DNA of 64,000 nucleotides from assembly GCA_965240325.2 (NCBI GenBank), contig OZ251240.1:1116001-1180000 (forward strand), written 5' to 3'. Below are positions 12,435-23,505 of the stretch, one piece after another. How positions within the stretch are numbered: the stretch's first letter is position 1; the number at the start of each line of letters is the position of its first letter. This stretch comes from Rebecca billardiae RCC1528 (lineage: Eukaryota > Protista > Haptophyta). The translations under genes and the position numbers were made by a program. Under the pieces are notes generated by a model. It saw only the letters and a program-made list of their open reading frames with translations. It had not been told where the DNA came from and made no database searches.

Positions 12435-13214
12435 TCACTTTCCATCGGCGATCTCGCCACAGTCCTCGATGACGACTGGCGCGCTCGTCTGCCCACTCCG
12501 CGAGCCCACCTCCTCGATGCTCTGCACCACATCCAGGCCCTCGACCACCTTGCCGAACACGACGTGCTTGCCGTCGAGCCACGACGTGTCCGCCGTGCAG
12601 ATGAAGAACTGCGAGCCGTTCGTGTTCGGCCCGGCGTTCGCCATCGAGAGGCAGCCCAACCCGGTGTGCTTGCCGCAGAGGCCCGCGAACGTCTCGTCGG
12701 CGAACTTCTCGCCGTAGATGCTCTCGCCGCCCGTGCCGTTGCCGTTCGTGAAGTCGCCGCCCTGGCACACTGCGCGCCGAGGCGTGGGCGGCGGACAGCA
12801 GCCGTCAGCATCGCGGCGCCCCGTGGCGCAGCGCGCTCGAGGCGTTCGGCGCGGAGGCGGCGCGCGCGCGCACTGAAGCCCGGGATCACGCGGTGGAACG
12901 CGGAGCCCTTGTAGTGCAGCGGCTTGCCCGACTTGCCGATGCCCTTCTCGCCCGTGCAGAGCGCGCGGAAGTTCTCGGCCGTCTTCGGGCACGCGTCCGA
13001 GTAGAGCTCCATGACGATCTTCCCGACGGACTTGGAGCCTGCGCGCAGCGGGGGCAGGCACGCGTGCACGTGCATTGGCCAGGCGATCGGGTGCGCAGGT
13101 CGTTGCGACCACCGCTACCGCTCGACGCTCGCCGTTGCGCGCTCGTCGGACGCGCGCGCGCAGTGCGCGCTGACCAACCAGCATCTTAAAGAAGACCTTA
13201 GGCCGGGCAGCCAT
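12435..13214 (-). CDS. Cyclophilin-type peptidyl-prolyl isomerase, copy 2 (exons 13214-13175, 13038-12874, 12769-12435)
   Basis: Same motifs and identical intron positions as copy 1; tandem duplicate. Confidence 0.95.
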   Translation of the reverse strand: MAARPKVFFKMLVGQRALRARVRRARNGERRAVAVVATTCAPDRLANARARVPAPAARRLQVRREDRHGALLGRVPEDGRELPRALHGREGHRQVGQAAALQGLRVPPRDPGLQCARAPPPRRTPRARCATGRRDADGCCPPPTPRRAVCQGGDFTNGNGTGGESIYGEKFADETFAGLCGKHTGLGCLSMANAGPNTNGSQFFICTADTSWLDGKHVVFGKVVEGLDVVQSIEEVGSRSGQTSAPVVIEDCGEIADGK

Positions 13215-13393
13215 GATGGTGTCGAGCAAGGGGCAAAGTGTCCCTGCCGTGGGACGGGCGCGTGGGCGCGGGAGCGCGCGCGTGCGCCTCAGCGCGCGTG
13301 CGTCGCTCGCACACAGCGTCGCGAGTGTCGACGGCGGCTCACGTGTTTCCGATCGACGGCGGAGGCGACGACGGCTCGATCGGAATTTGAACG

Positions 13394-16300
13394 ATGGCTG
13401 CCCCGGCCCCAGGTGCCGGCCTGTTCGTACTCGTCGGGGAAGGGCAGGTCGAGCTCGAGCCAGAGCTGCGGCTCGGCGAGCTCGATGTGAGCGCGCGCAT
13501 GGCGGCGCTAGCCGTCGAGTCCCTGCGCTACCGACTGCCGGAGGTGCGCGCCCGCCACGCCGTGTCCGAGAAAGTACCGGAGGACGCTCTCTCCATCCTC
13601 GACTATGCGTCCGCGCACGCGCAGCACGTGGCGCGCGCGCTCGACATGCCGCAGGGCGAGCTGAAGCGCTGCCTCGAGTGGCTGGCCTCCGTCCAGCGCT
13701 GCATGCTGCGCGGCGTGTACGCCGACTTCTCGCGCCAGCGCGCGCCCGAGGGCGCGAGCGCGCTCGAGGCGCTGACGACTGGGAGCGCGCTTGTCATGGC
13801 GGCGGCGCCCGTCGGCTCGCTGACCTGGCGCAACCACCTGCTCATCCGCGCACACGTGCGAGCGACGCGTGTGGGCGCGCCCATCCCCGCGCCGCCCACA
13901 CCTCCGCCTCCATGGGTGCGCGAGCGCGCGCTTCGCGCGCGCCACACGGGCGGTGAGCACACGAGCGCCCGAGCGAGCAGTGCCGGTGCCGCGCGCACGC
14001 CGCCGCTGGGCGCGGCGGGTCTCACGCCCGCGCGCAAGGGGAGCGGCGGCCCGAGCTACTACTTCGGCTACGTCCCGCCTGCCGCCGCAAACGCCGCCCC
14101 GCCCGTCCGCGCCGCGCCGACTCGCTCGCCGGAAGCGGCGGAGGCGGAGTGGGCGTCGGCGCAGCGACCGATAGGCTTGTGGCTGATGCAGTGCGCCCGC
14201 CTCCTCGCGCCAGCCGCCGCTGGCCAGCAGCCGCTGCTGGCGGCGGCGGGCGCGGCGGCGGCGCGGGCGGCAGCGCCCACCACGGGCGCGCTGGCGCCAG
14301 CACCACGCGCGCCCGTCCCCGCCGCCGGCGGCGCGCCTGCAGAGCAGATCGACCCGAGATTGTATCTCGGGCGCGATCAGATTGACCCGAGATTACATCA
14401 CGAGCGCGATCTCGGCGCGCCGACCGATCTCGCCGTCGCCGTCGCCTTCTTCGCGGACGGCGCGGCCAAGTCACGTGACAGCGCGAGCACGGTGCCGAAC
14501 GCGCCGCCACCGCCACCGCCGCCGCCGCGGCGCGCCGCCGCCGCGCTCTCCGTGCGGTCAGACGCCCCCGGCATCGGGCAGTGCGCGCCGGTGCGCGCGC
14601 GCGAGGCGCGCGCAGCCATCAAGGCGATGGTGGGCGCGGCGGCCGCGATCCCGGCGGCGTCGCTGGCGCGCGCCGAGGCGGCCGGCGGCGGCGCGCACGA
14701 GGCCGATCGGCTGCTCCTCGGCAGCGCGCCCCAGCCGCCGCTGGGCGCGCCACCGTCGCGCGCGCAGGTCGAGCGCGCGCGCCGCGTCGCCGCCGTCGTG
14801 CAGCAGGCGAGAACGATGGCCGCCGGGCTCACCGCCGAGGCGGAGCGGCGGCAGAGCGCCCTCGAGGGCCTACGCGCGCGCGCGTGGGTGCTCGCGGACG
14901 CGGCGAAGCTCCGGCTCTCGCGCGCGATGGACGACAAGGCGTGGGCAGCGGCCGCCGTCGCGGCGGAATCTGCAGAGGCCACGCACGCCCTCGCCCGCAC
15001 GTTTGATTCCCTCTGCGATTCCCTCTGCGAAGGAGCGTCGACGCGCGCGCGGCCGGCGGCCGAGGCGGCGGCCGGAGCCGAGGGCCACGAGCCGGGTCCG
15101 TGCGCGCAGCACGCGCCGAGCAGTGTGCCGCTGACGCCACCGCCGACCGCGCCTCACGCACCCACGCCGGCGACGTCGACGGCGACGACCGGCGCGGCCG
15201 CGCCGCCGTCAGCGCGCCCGCCCGCGCCGCCACTGCCGAGCGGCGCGCTGGCTAGCTCCCGGGAGGAGCTGCCTCTGCTGCCTGCGCACGCGATCGTGCG
15301 TGCCGCGCTGCTGGGCAGCGGGGGCGGTGCTGCCGCCGCCGCGGGCGGCGGCGTGCGCATCCGCTCAGTGCTCAGCCTTCCGCGCGGCCGTGGCGCGGGG
15401 CGTGCGCGCGCGGAGGCCGCGCCGCCAGCCGCCGAGCGCCCGCGCGCGCGCCCCGGCGCGGCTGGCGTGCCACACGACGGCCTCGAGCGCATTGCCCGCG
15501 CGGCTGCGGAGGCGGCCAGGGGCCTCGATGCCTTGCTGAGCGCCGCGCTCGCGCACGCGCGTGCGGACGCGGACACCGGCCTGCTGAGCCCGCACTGGCC
15601 TGGGGAGGGCTCTGCCAAGGGCGGTAGCTCTGCACTGCGTCTGGGCCTGGCGGCGCAGGCGACGCACACTGACGGCTCTCACGACGCGCCAGGCGCGCCG
15701 CCATCGCCGCTCGTGCCAGCAGGCGACGCCGTGCGTCTGGGCCTGGCGGCGCAGGCGACGCACACGGACGGCGCTTATGACGCGCCAGGCGCGCCGCCGC
15801 CGCCGCCTGCCGCGTCATCGCCGCTCGTGCCAGCAGGCGACGGCAGCACGGCGCCGCCGAACGCGCCTCCGCCGCCACCGCCAGCGGAGCCCGCGGAGGG
15901 CGCAGACGACGACGGCTGGTGGGTTGTTGACGCGTGGGGCGCAGTGGCCCTCGCCGTGAGCCAGCGCGCGCCCGGCGGCGGCGCGGAGGAACCCTCGCGC
16001 ACGACGCTGCTGCTCCTGCTGCCTGAGCCGGTTGCTGAGGTGATGCGCGCCCAGGCGGGGCCGGCACGGCGCGAGGAGACCGCGCAGGCCATGGCCGGCG
16101 GCGCCCCGCCCGAGCCACCCGCTGCGCAGCCACCGTCGCGCGACAGCGCCGCCGCGCCGCTGGCGGGCGCGCCGGCCGGCGAGCCCAGCGCAGGCGGTGC
16201 CTGCTGGTACGGCTGCCTCCCGCGAGAGCGCACCCTCGCGCTGCTGGACGCACTGTTCGAGGCCGAGCTCGAGCTCGCCGTGAGCCGCTCGTACGAGTCT

Positions 16301-16534
16301 CCCCGCGCGGCCTTCCCTCCGGCCTCGGGCAGTGCGGCGCGCGACGGCTCACTCGCGGGGGGCGGCGTGTCCGGCACGCCCCAGGGCGGGCGTGGGCTTA
16401 GCATGGAGCAGCACGAGATGCTGCTGCGCGCGATGACCGGAGGGCGCGCGTGGACGACCGGCGAGGGCACGAGCATGCGAGAGCGCGAGCGCGCTCTCGA
16501 GCTCGCCACGCCCGTCTGGCGCCAGTCCAGCTGA
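13394..16534 (+). CDS. Large Ala/Pro-rich hypothetical protein (1046 aa)
   Basis: Long ORF with coding-like codon usage, divergent from cyclophilin 2. Internal duplications QIDPRL x2 and [28 protein letters not shown] x2. Confidence 0.6.
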   Translation: MAAPAPGAGLFVLVGEGQVELEPELRLGELDVSARMAALAVESLRYRLPEVRARHAVSEKVPEDALSILDYASAHAQHVARALDMPQGELKRCLEWLASVQRCMLRGVYADFSRQRAPEGASALEALTTGSALVMAAAPVGSLTWRNHLLIRAHVRATRVGAPIPAPPTPPPPWVRERALRARHTGGEHTSARASSAGAARTPPLGAAGLTPARKGSGGPSYYFGYVPPAAANAAPPVRAAPTRSPEAAEAEWASAQRPIGLWLMQCARLLAPAAAGQQPLLAAAGAAAARAAAPTTGALAPAPRAPVPAAGGAPAEQIDPRLYLGRDQIDPRLHHERDLGAPTDLAVAVAFFADGAAKSRDSASTVPNAPPPPPPPPRRAAAALSVRSDAPGIGQCAPVRAREARAAIKAMVGAAAAIPAASLARAEAAGGGAHEADRLLLGSAPQPPLGAPPSRAQVERARRVAAVVQQARTMAAGLTAEAERRQSALEGLRARAWVLADAAKLRLSRAMDDKAWAAAAVAAESAEATHALARTFDSLCDSLCEGASTRARPAAEAAAGAEGHEPGPCAQHAPSSVPLTPPPTAPHAPTPATSTATTGAAAPPSARPPAPPLPSGALASSREELPLLPAHAIVRAALLGSGGGAAAAAGGGVRIRSVLSLPRGRGAGRARAEAAPPAAERPRARPGAAGVPHDGLERIARAAAEAARGLDALLSAALAHARADADTGLLSPHWPGEGSAKGGSSALRLGLAAQATHTDGSHDAPGAPPSPLVPAGDAVRLGLAAQATHTDGAYDAPGAPPPPPAASSPLVPAGDGSTAPPNAPPPPPPAEPAEGADDDGWWVVDAWGAVALAVSQRAPGGGAEEPSRTTLLLLLPEPVAEVMRAQAGPARREETAQAMAGGAPPEPPAAQPPSRDSAAAPLAGAPAGEPSAGGACWYGCLPRERTLALLDALFEAELELAVSRSYESPRAAFPPASGSAARDGSLAGGGVSGTPQGGRGLSMEQHEMLLRAMTGGRAWTTGEGTSMRERERALELATPVWRQSS

Positions 16535-16785
16535 TGCCGTCTCTCCGCCGGCGCCCGGTCATACTGGCATCCGCCAGGCTCAGGCTGACGCGGGCGTGAG
16601 TGCTGCCACTGCTGCCAGTGCAGAGACCAGACGTCCAGACGAGTGCTGCCCTCATCGTCGTCGCCGTCATACTGCGCGCGCTATATACCGTGCGCGTATA
16701 AATATCCGTCCGCCATCCCGCCGCGCCATCATCGTCACTTATTCACGCGCAGCATTTAATAATTGATATATCGTCGCGTTAGTAT

Positions 16786-18667
16786 TATGGCCCGCGGTGC
16801 AGGGCGGAGCGCGTAGCGTGGAGCCCCGCCGGGGGCCCTCACTAGTTGTCAAAAAGATCTTTTGATCAAAGAAAAGGGGACGGGGGACGATTTTGAGGGC
16901 TTTGGAGGGTGAATTTTCGCTAATTTTCGAGGGGTACACCGTACATTGCTGTCTATCCGCAAGAAGCGATTGACGAAATAGGCGCGCCCGGACGTGAGTC
17001 ATAAGAAAGATCGAAGGCCGTCACATTGTCAGTAAACGAATCTGCGCCATTGTGGTAATGCCCGGGGCCGGACTCCGCCCAGCACCAGCACCGGACAACA
17101 GTGATCCACTCCGGACTGGGCGGTCGGCGATCGTTCCCCGCGATGACCAGTGGGTCACCGCCTCGACCGCAGTCAAACGCGGGGGCGCGGGCGCGCGCGC
17201 AAGACAGATCAGAAATCCTGATTCCTGGACGCGCACGCGAACCGGCTCGGCATGCGGAACGCGTTGATGCGCTTGGGGACGCACGACATCGGGCCGTTCT
17301 GAAACGACACCGGGCGAAACTCTACCGCGACCGCGTGCACGCGCGGACCGCAGGCCGCGTGACGACTGCGACACTGCGCGACGCGAAGGAGCAGGTGCTG
17401 GCGCCGCAGATGGCGGTGCGGGCGTTCTGCCCGAGCTGCAACAACCCGCTGCTCTCGGGCCAGGTGCATCAGCGCATCCAGGACCGCCGCTGCCACGTGC
17501 TAACCAAGGTGGTCAGGGCATGAGACACGCGACCGTGTGCGAGCAAGGCGTGCCAAGATGATCGACACGGCGAAGCAGGTGGTGATCGAGGCGCTGAGCC
17601 TGATCATGGTGAGGCGCATCTTCTCGACCTGCCCGACGCGCAGACCACGCAGGCGTCGCTTCCGGGCGCGTGGGACTCGCGCACCAAGACGCTGTGGCAC
17701 GTGGACCCTGTCGGAGTCTGTGCGCGGCGCGCGCGCGCGCGTGCGCGCGCGACGGGCACGTGGCGCGCCGACCAGCCGTACGGCGCTGACTGTTGACGCA
17801 CCTCGCGCATGCGCTACCCCGGCCGCGCCGCCGCCGCCGCCGCGCAGGCATGCTCTCGTAGGAGGAGACGGCGGAGCTGCGCGCACACATGGCCGCGCGC
17901 GGCTCTCGGTCGGACGCGGTCGGCGATCACGGGCGCGCTGCCGGCCCGGCGCGCCGCTGAACGACGAGTAGGCCGCGCTGGAGGAGTACGTCCGCCGCCG
18001 CGCTCCGCCTGCGCGAGCAGCGCTCCGCCGCGCCCGACCCGCTGGCCGAGCAGCTGCGCAGCGACCGCGCCATCGCAGAGCAGCTGCAGCGCGACGAGAT
18101 GGCGGCACGCGCGGGCGGCGCGCCCGTGACGCTGCACTCGGCCGAGGTCGACGAGGACGCGCAGATGGCGCTGGCGCTGCTGCTCGTGTGCGAGGCGTGC
18201 GACCAGGACACACGCGCGCTGCGCAACGCTGAGCGCCGGATCCGTTTTCGGCGCCGTAAGGTACGCAAGGCGCTGGCAGCGGAGCGCACCGGGGCGGCGG
18301 CGCATGCGCGCACGCGGCGCGCTCGCGGTCGATGCGCGGCAACTCCAACCGCCTCGGCAAGCGCAAGCAGCGGGACGAGGGCGGCGCCGCGGCGGCGGGT
18401 GCGATGAACAAATCGGACGAGCGCGCCAAGTCCCGACGCATCGCCAACGCCGCCAAGCTGTTCGAGGACATGGACGGCGACGAGATCGCGGCCGCGGCGC
18501 ACGCGGCGGGCAAGCTGGACTGCCAACTTGCGTGACGCGTCTCGCAGACTGCCACTGCCACTGGGCCTGGCCCATTATAAAATTGAGCAGCCGAGCAGCC
18601 GACGGAGGGTGCACCGCGGGCCCCTAACTGCGTTGGTTCTACGGAAGGACCGCGGAACGCGGTCATA
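16786..18667 (+). mobile_element. Non-autonomous Helentron/Helitron2-like element, copy B, with degraded coding-like cargo
   Basis: Same termini as copy A. Perfect 13-bp asymmetric IR (GGCCCGCGGTGCA near the 5' end; TGCACCGCGGGCC at 18610-18622) and hairpin at 18648-18664. Confidence 0.65.
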
Positions 18668-18902
18668 CTGCTATTTATTGGGCGCGGCTGCAGAACTCGG
18701 GCTTTAGCTTATCGGGCGGATTGATGATGCATCATCAGTCAGACCATCACGGATCACCATGTCCGCGCATCTCACATATCTGGCCAGCAGCACTAGTCTC
18801 AGCTGCTATACGTATTATAGTCGTACGACAGCAATAAGCGCTTATTAGCAATAAGCAGTAGAATCCGGCCGACGACGGCGGTAGCTACGCGCCCGTAACG
18901 CG

Positions 18903-18932
18903 GAGAGAGAGAGAGAGAGAGAGAGAGAGACG

Positions 18933-18966
<34 letters not shown>

Positions 18967-18988
18967 GGGAGAGAGAGAGAGAGAGAGA
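18903..18988. repeat. (GA)n microsatellite
   Basis: Seen directly. Confidence 0.95.
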
Positions 18989-19040
18989 GTCTGATCGAGA
19001 GGAGAGAGTCAAATAAGTCGACGATCGAGTCGTCACGACG

Positions 19041-20195
19041 TCAGGCGGGGCTGCTGCTGCTGACTGCTGGCAGCTGCCTGCGCCAGGGCGGTCGCCTAGG
19101 GTCGATGTGCTTGGTATCCGGCGAGCCATCGGGAATACAGCAGTCGGCGAAGTAGGCCCTGATGGCAATCTGCAGGCGTTCGGCGGTCTTGGGGTTCGGG
19201 TTCGGCTGCTTCTTGCTGTACGGACAATTCATCTTGGGAGTGCCCATGTGCTGCTGAAAAGTGTTCCACGCTGTGCACGAACGATTTGTGAACTGCATGT
19301 AGAACGCGACACACTTCACCTGGTGTAGGTTGGCGTGCAGGATACCGCATCGTTCCGAGCACGCGTGGAGCGTCTGGTTGGCGAACGTGGGCTGGCTGCT
19401 GAGCTGCCGATTCCACCGGCACGGGAGGATGTGCACCATTGCCGGATGCATGGCATGCAGCCAGACATACAACGTCTGGTCACCGAGGAAACCGATCCAC
19501 TTCCCATAGCGGCCCGTCGCGACCCAGTCGACGGCCTCGTGGTAGGCAGTGCTCGACCTCATCTTGTCCAGATCGAGCAGCTGCACGCCGCCGTTGAGGC
19601 TGACGTGAGGATTGTAGATGAAAGTTTGCTCGCGAGCCACCGCGAGCACTGCGTCTGGGCCCATGCGGTCAAACTCGGTGTTCAGCTCGGTCACATCACC
19701 CACCATGAGGACGTCGGTGTCCACCAAGATGAGACGGGATACATTTGCCGGCATGAACAGGTGCGCCAGGGGCTTGTACAGGTACTGCAGGCCTGGGCCG
19801 TGGGACAGCTTGCTCATGAGGCCGTACAGGCAACGTCCGTACTTCGGCAGCTTGATCTGCACGATGTTGAAGCCGGGCACGGGCTGCGGGAAGAGGAGCA
19901 GCAAGTGAAAGCGCACGCGGCTGCTCGTGTTGAATCCAGCCGCGGCTCGTCGGAGAGTACGCGCGTCGATGCCCTTGCGCGTGTCGAAGAATCCGACATC
20001 AATCCACGGCTCGCCAGAAAGAGGGTCCACGCGGTCCGCGTCGGCCTGCGGACGAGCGATTTGGCGGAAGATGTCTGACATGTTGGCGGGCGAGCAATTC
20101 GGCGACACTGGCGGGGGACCCTTCTCGTAGCACACGCCCAGAAGGGGTGCGCACACCACCACCACGAGGGCGCGAAGGCGATTCCCCGCCGCCAT
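19041..20195 (-). CDS. Glycosyltransferase family 8 (XXYLT1/LARGE-like)
   Basis: LYKPL, ILVDTDV (DxD), NGGVQLLDL, LGDQT, LPCRWNRQL, ILHAN; signal/anchor MAAGNRLRALVVVVCAPLLG. Confidence 0.85.
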   Translation of the reverse strand: MAAGNRLRALVVVVCAPLLGVCYEKGPPPVSPNCSPANMSDIFRQIARPQADADRVDPLSGEPWIDVGFFDTRKGIDARTLRRAAAGFNTSSRVRFHLLLLFPQPVPGFNIVQIKLPKYGRCLYGLMSKLSHGPGLQYLYKPLAHLFMPANVSRLILVDTDVLMVGDVTELNTEFDRMGPDAVLAVAREQTFIYNPHVSLNGGVQLLDLDKMRSSTAYHEAVDWVATGRYGKWIGFLGDQTLYVWLHAMHPAMVHILPCRWNRQLSSQPTFANQTLHACSERCGILHANLHQVKCVAFYMQFTNRSCTAWNTFQQHMGTPKMNCPYSKKQPNPNPKTAERLQIAIRAYFADCCIPDGSPDTKHIDPRRPPWRRQLPAVSSSSPA

Positions 20196-20804
20196 CGTGT
20201 GCATCACGGACCCGCTGCGGGGTGGGGCCAACCAAGCCCCCCAACCGCTGAAAATTAATGTCCAAAACGGGATTGACGGGCAGTCCTTGGGCGACGCGAG
20301 CGCCCGCGCGCGGCAGCTGGCAGGCCGCCAGCAAGCGGTTGAAATGGCGGCGCACGAGATCACAAGGCTGTCGACGAGGAGACCGCAGTGCTACGGCCCT
20401 TGGCAGGGCGAGCAAAAGGAGGGCATGCCAGACATGCGTATCGGGCCTCGCGGCGCGTGTACGCATGGCCACCGCCAGCACGGGGCACCGGACCTGATCT
20501 GCACCGATGTCGCTGCCAATGATGTCGCTGCCAATGAGGGCGCTGCCAACGCGCTCCGCGGACATCCTCCGTCAGCAGAGTCGCCATTGTCATCATCCGT
20601 GGCCTCAAAACAGGCCATGATGGCCTCAGTTTTGAGCCCGCCCGCTGACTATATATAATAATATATCACTATCAGTATAAAACCATTTTAAGACCGGTCA
20701 CAGGCTACGAACAGTTGGGTGAGGGTATTTTTCAATATACCACGGACTCGACTCGAGCCTTGACGTATGTACTACCATACGTAGGGGGCTGGGACGAGTG
20801 GCAG

Positions 20805-21801
20805 TCAGTCCCGCTTGCTTGAGCCATCTGCACGTGTCGAGCCGCCTGAGCGAGGCTTGCTCCCACGGCGCGCGATTCCGACGAACTGGTAGAGCAGCGT
20901 TACGTTGAACACGCCGTTCAGTAGCAGCGCGCTGTACCCGGCGCACTCGCGCCCGTGCCGCAGCACGAGCGCCGACGTCCACGCGAAGAGCGCGAGCGAC
21001 GTCACAAATTGAACGACCTGTCCGCGCCGAGCCAGCAGGCGCGCGCAGCGGCCGCGCTCTTGGCGCAGCGGGTCAGGCGCTCGCGCGACGGGCGCGGGCG
21101 CGGGGGCGCGCGGGCGCAGACCTGGAACCGCGTCACCCAGCGCTTCCACTTGGGCGGCGCGCCGAGCGTGCACAGCAGGAAGTAGTAGTACATGACCACG
21201 TGCACGGCGGTGTTGAAGAGCATGCCTGCCTGCCAGAGCGACACGGTGTACTCGAGCCACGCCCAGCCCATGAAGAGCACCAGCGCGTGGTGGTAGACCT
21301 GCGGGGCGGTCGGGGCGGGGCACACGGCGCGTTGGGCGCGCCGGTGCGCGGCGCTGCTCCCCGCGCCGCCGCGCGCGGCGCTCCAAGCGCACGCGCCTGG
21401 AAGCCAAAGTTGGGTGGCCGCTTGCCGCGCAGCAGCTGCAGCGGCGTGTCCAGCAGCTCGTAGTACTTCGAGAGGTAGTACACGTAGCACCAGCCGTACA
21501 TCGCGCCCGACGCGGACTCCGTGCCGGGGTCGGCGCAGATCAGGAACCCTAGTCCAGACGGAGACGACGCGCCTCGGCGCAGGACCTCGATCAGAACGCC
21601 TCCAAACATGAGCGCCGACCCCGCGACGAGAATCACGTTGTGTGCGATGTTGGCGGTCCTCAGCCACCGCGGAGGCGTCGCGGGTGCCGTGGCTCCGAGC
21701 CTCGAGGCCATCCCAAGCGAGAGGGCGACGTACGCCACCGACACCGCCGCCGGCCATCCCACATGGCACAGCGGCGCGCTCGACCACGTAAACGACTCCA
21801 T
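20805..21801 (-). CDS. ELO/GNS1/SUR4 fatty acid elongase; introns 21299-21396 (GC-AG) and 21018-21121
   Basis: HNVIL, YYLSKYYELLDT, FQ|VYHH, NTAVHVVMYYYF and WKRWVTRFQ|VVQF motifs. Confidence 0.9.
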
Positions 21802-21951
21802 CGTGCTGGGCGTCGCCCGGTCGGTGACGGTGTGCCGGGTGCGCGGTTCCTCCCGAACGCTCGCTCCGGGCGGACGTGAGTCCTCGGTCGCGAGCGGACG
21901 GGAAGCAGCGCCCTCGCGGCAGCAGCTCGGAAGGGCGCCAAGGATCGTCGT

Positions 21952-22626
21952 ATGGCGAGCACGACGTCCATGGCTCGCGTGCTTGCGCAGCACGACCTGG
22001 TGTGCCACATCCTCAGCCACGCGAACAACGGCCAGACCCTCTGCCGCGCAGCCTGCGTCTCGGCAGTGTGGCGCAGCGCCGCGGCCGAGGATGAGGTGTG
22101 GGAACCTGTGACGCGCCGCTGCCTCTGGCGCGCAGGGACCGAGCTGCTCGACGGCTCTGCCGATGGCTGGCGCGTGAAGCACCGCCTCATTCTCTCCGGC
22201 GCGTGCCGTCACTGCGTCGGGACGCACCTGCCCTCGCAGCACACGCCAACCGACACCATCGTCTGTGCTGAGAGCAGCTTCCTCGCCTGCGGCCGATGCC
22301 GACCGAATCCGCGGTGCGCGAGCCGCTGCGTGGGCTGCGGTGGGGACAGGAGCTGCCCTGTCTGCGAGGACACGCACCCGATGCCGCCGGGCCGCCTGCT
22401 GTGCGCGGACTGCGCGCCACTGTGCGGCTCGTGCGGCCGGCGCGTGTGCGAGCGGCACATGCACCGCGCGGCCGCTGGCGCGGGCTATGACTCCGACCTC
22501 CATGCGGAATCGGCCGGGCTGTGCAGTGATTGCATGGACGCGGAGTACGGCGCGTTTGATGAGGGGCGGCGCAACGCCTGGCACTCTCACGAGTTCACAG
22601 GAGACGGGCCGTGGCATGTCTTTTAG
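21952..22626 (+). CDS. F-box-like protein with Cys-rich (CxxC) C-terminal region
   Basis: DLVCHILSH..LCRAACVSAVWRSAA..DEVW F-box pattern; more than 7 CxxC pairs. Confidence 0.7.
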   Translation: MASTTSMARVLAQHDLVCHILSHANNGQTLCRAACVSAVWRSAAAEDEVWEPVTRRCLWRAGTELLDGSADGWRVKHRLILSGACRHCVGTHLPSQHTPTDTIVCAESSFLACGRCRPNPRCASRCVGCGGDRSCPVCEDTHPMPPGRLLCADCAPLCGSCGRRVCERHMHRAAAGAGYDSDLHAESAGLCSDCMDAEYGAFDEGRRNAWHSHEFTGDGPWHVF

Positions 22627-22729
22627 ATGCTTATCATATGGTAGCAGGGAGTTCTGCGCGGTGTCTGTCCGGCGGTGCATGTCCGAATTCCCCCCGAATG
22701 ATTATTCATATATATAATTTTTTTTTCGG

Positions 22730-22851
<122 letters not shown>

Positions 22852-23505
22852 AATTCTGGCCTCCATCTTCGGGGGGGGATTCTGCCATTCTGGCTGTCAG
22901 GGGTCGGGGTGTGTGATCCGGACTCTCACTCCCAGCGGCATGCCGCATGGCACGCCAGTGACAGTGGCGTGCCAAGGCTATAACAGCGACGGTGAGTCCC
23001 GGTCGTCAAGTGCCGGAATCACTGCGCTGCCAATCTCACCATCTCGGACCCGGCATCAGTCAGTACCGCGCACGCAGAGAATGAGTGAATGTCACAGTCC
23101 TGCACAGCCATGAATCTCACCCTAACGACTACATCCGAGTCGATCCGCAGACTCATCACTCAATCTACTCAATCTCGACGAATGGCGGGTCCCATCCGCC
23201 GGGCCCCGTTCTCGCGGGCGTTGTCCGCCGTTGTGCTGCTGACTTTGTGCTCAGCACACGGTGCGAGCCCGGCTCCGCGGCGCTGTGGCCGCGGTGCCGA
23301 GCACAGGCAGCATGCCTACTGCTTGCCGCGCCAATCACGCAGTAGGTGCCAGGAGTCAAGTCGAGGCAGGCTTCGCCGAGGACAGTGTGAGTGTCATCCC
23401 CGTCCGGGAGAACACGGCGCCCACGGACTGGCTCAAAAATCAGAAGGACTGGGAGGTGCCTGCTTGATTCCCTTCAGTCTTCACAGCACGTGGGCGAGCT
23501 CATCG

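Noticed and set aside
17400-17600. Fanzor/TnpB-like Zn finger inside the Helentron-like element
   Set aside because: Only one CxxC; no RuvC motifs (e.g. RD.NAA.N) seen.
20506-20550. 15-bp tandem repeat (GATGTCGCTGCCAAT-like x3); similar small duplications near 9483-9545 and 32350-32408
   Set aside because: Ordinary slippage duplications with no further structure.
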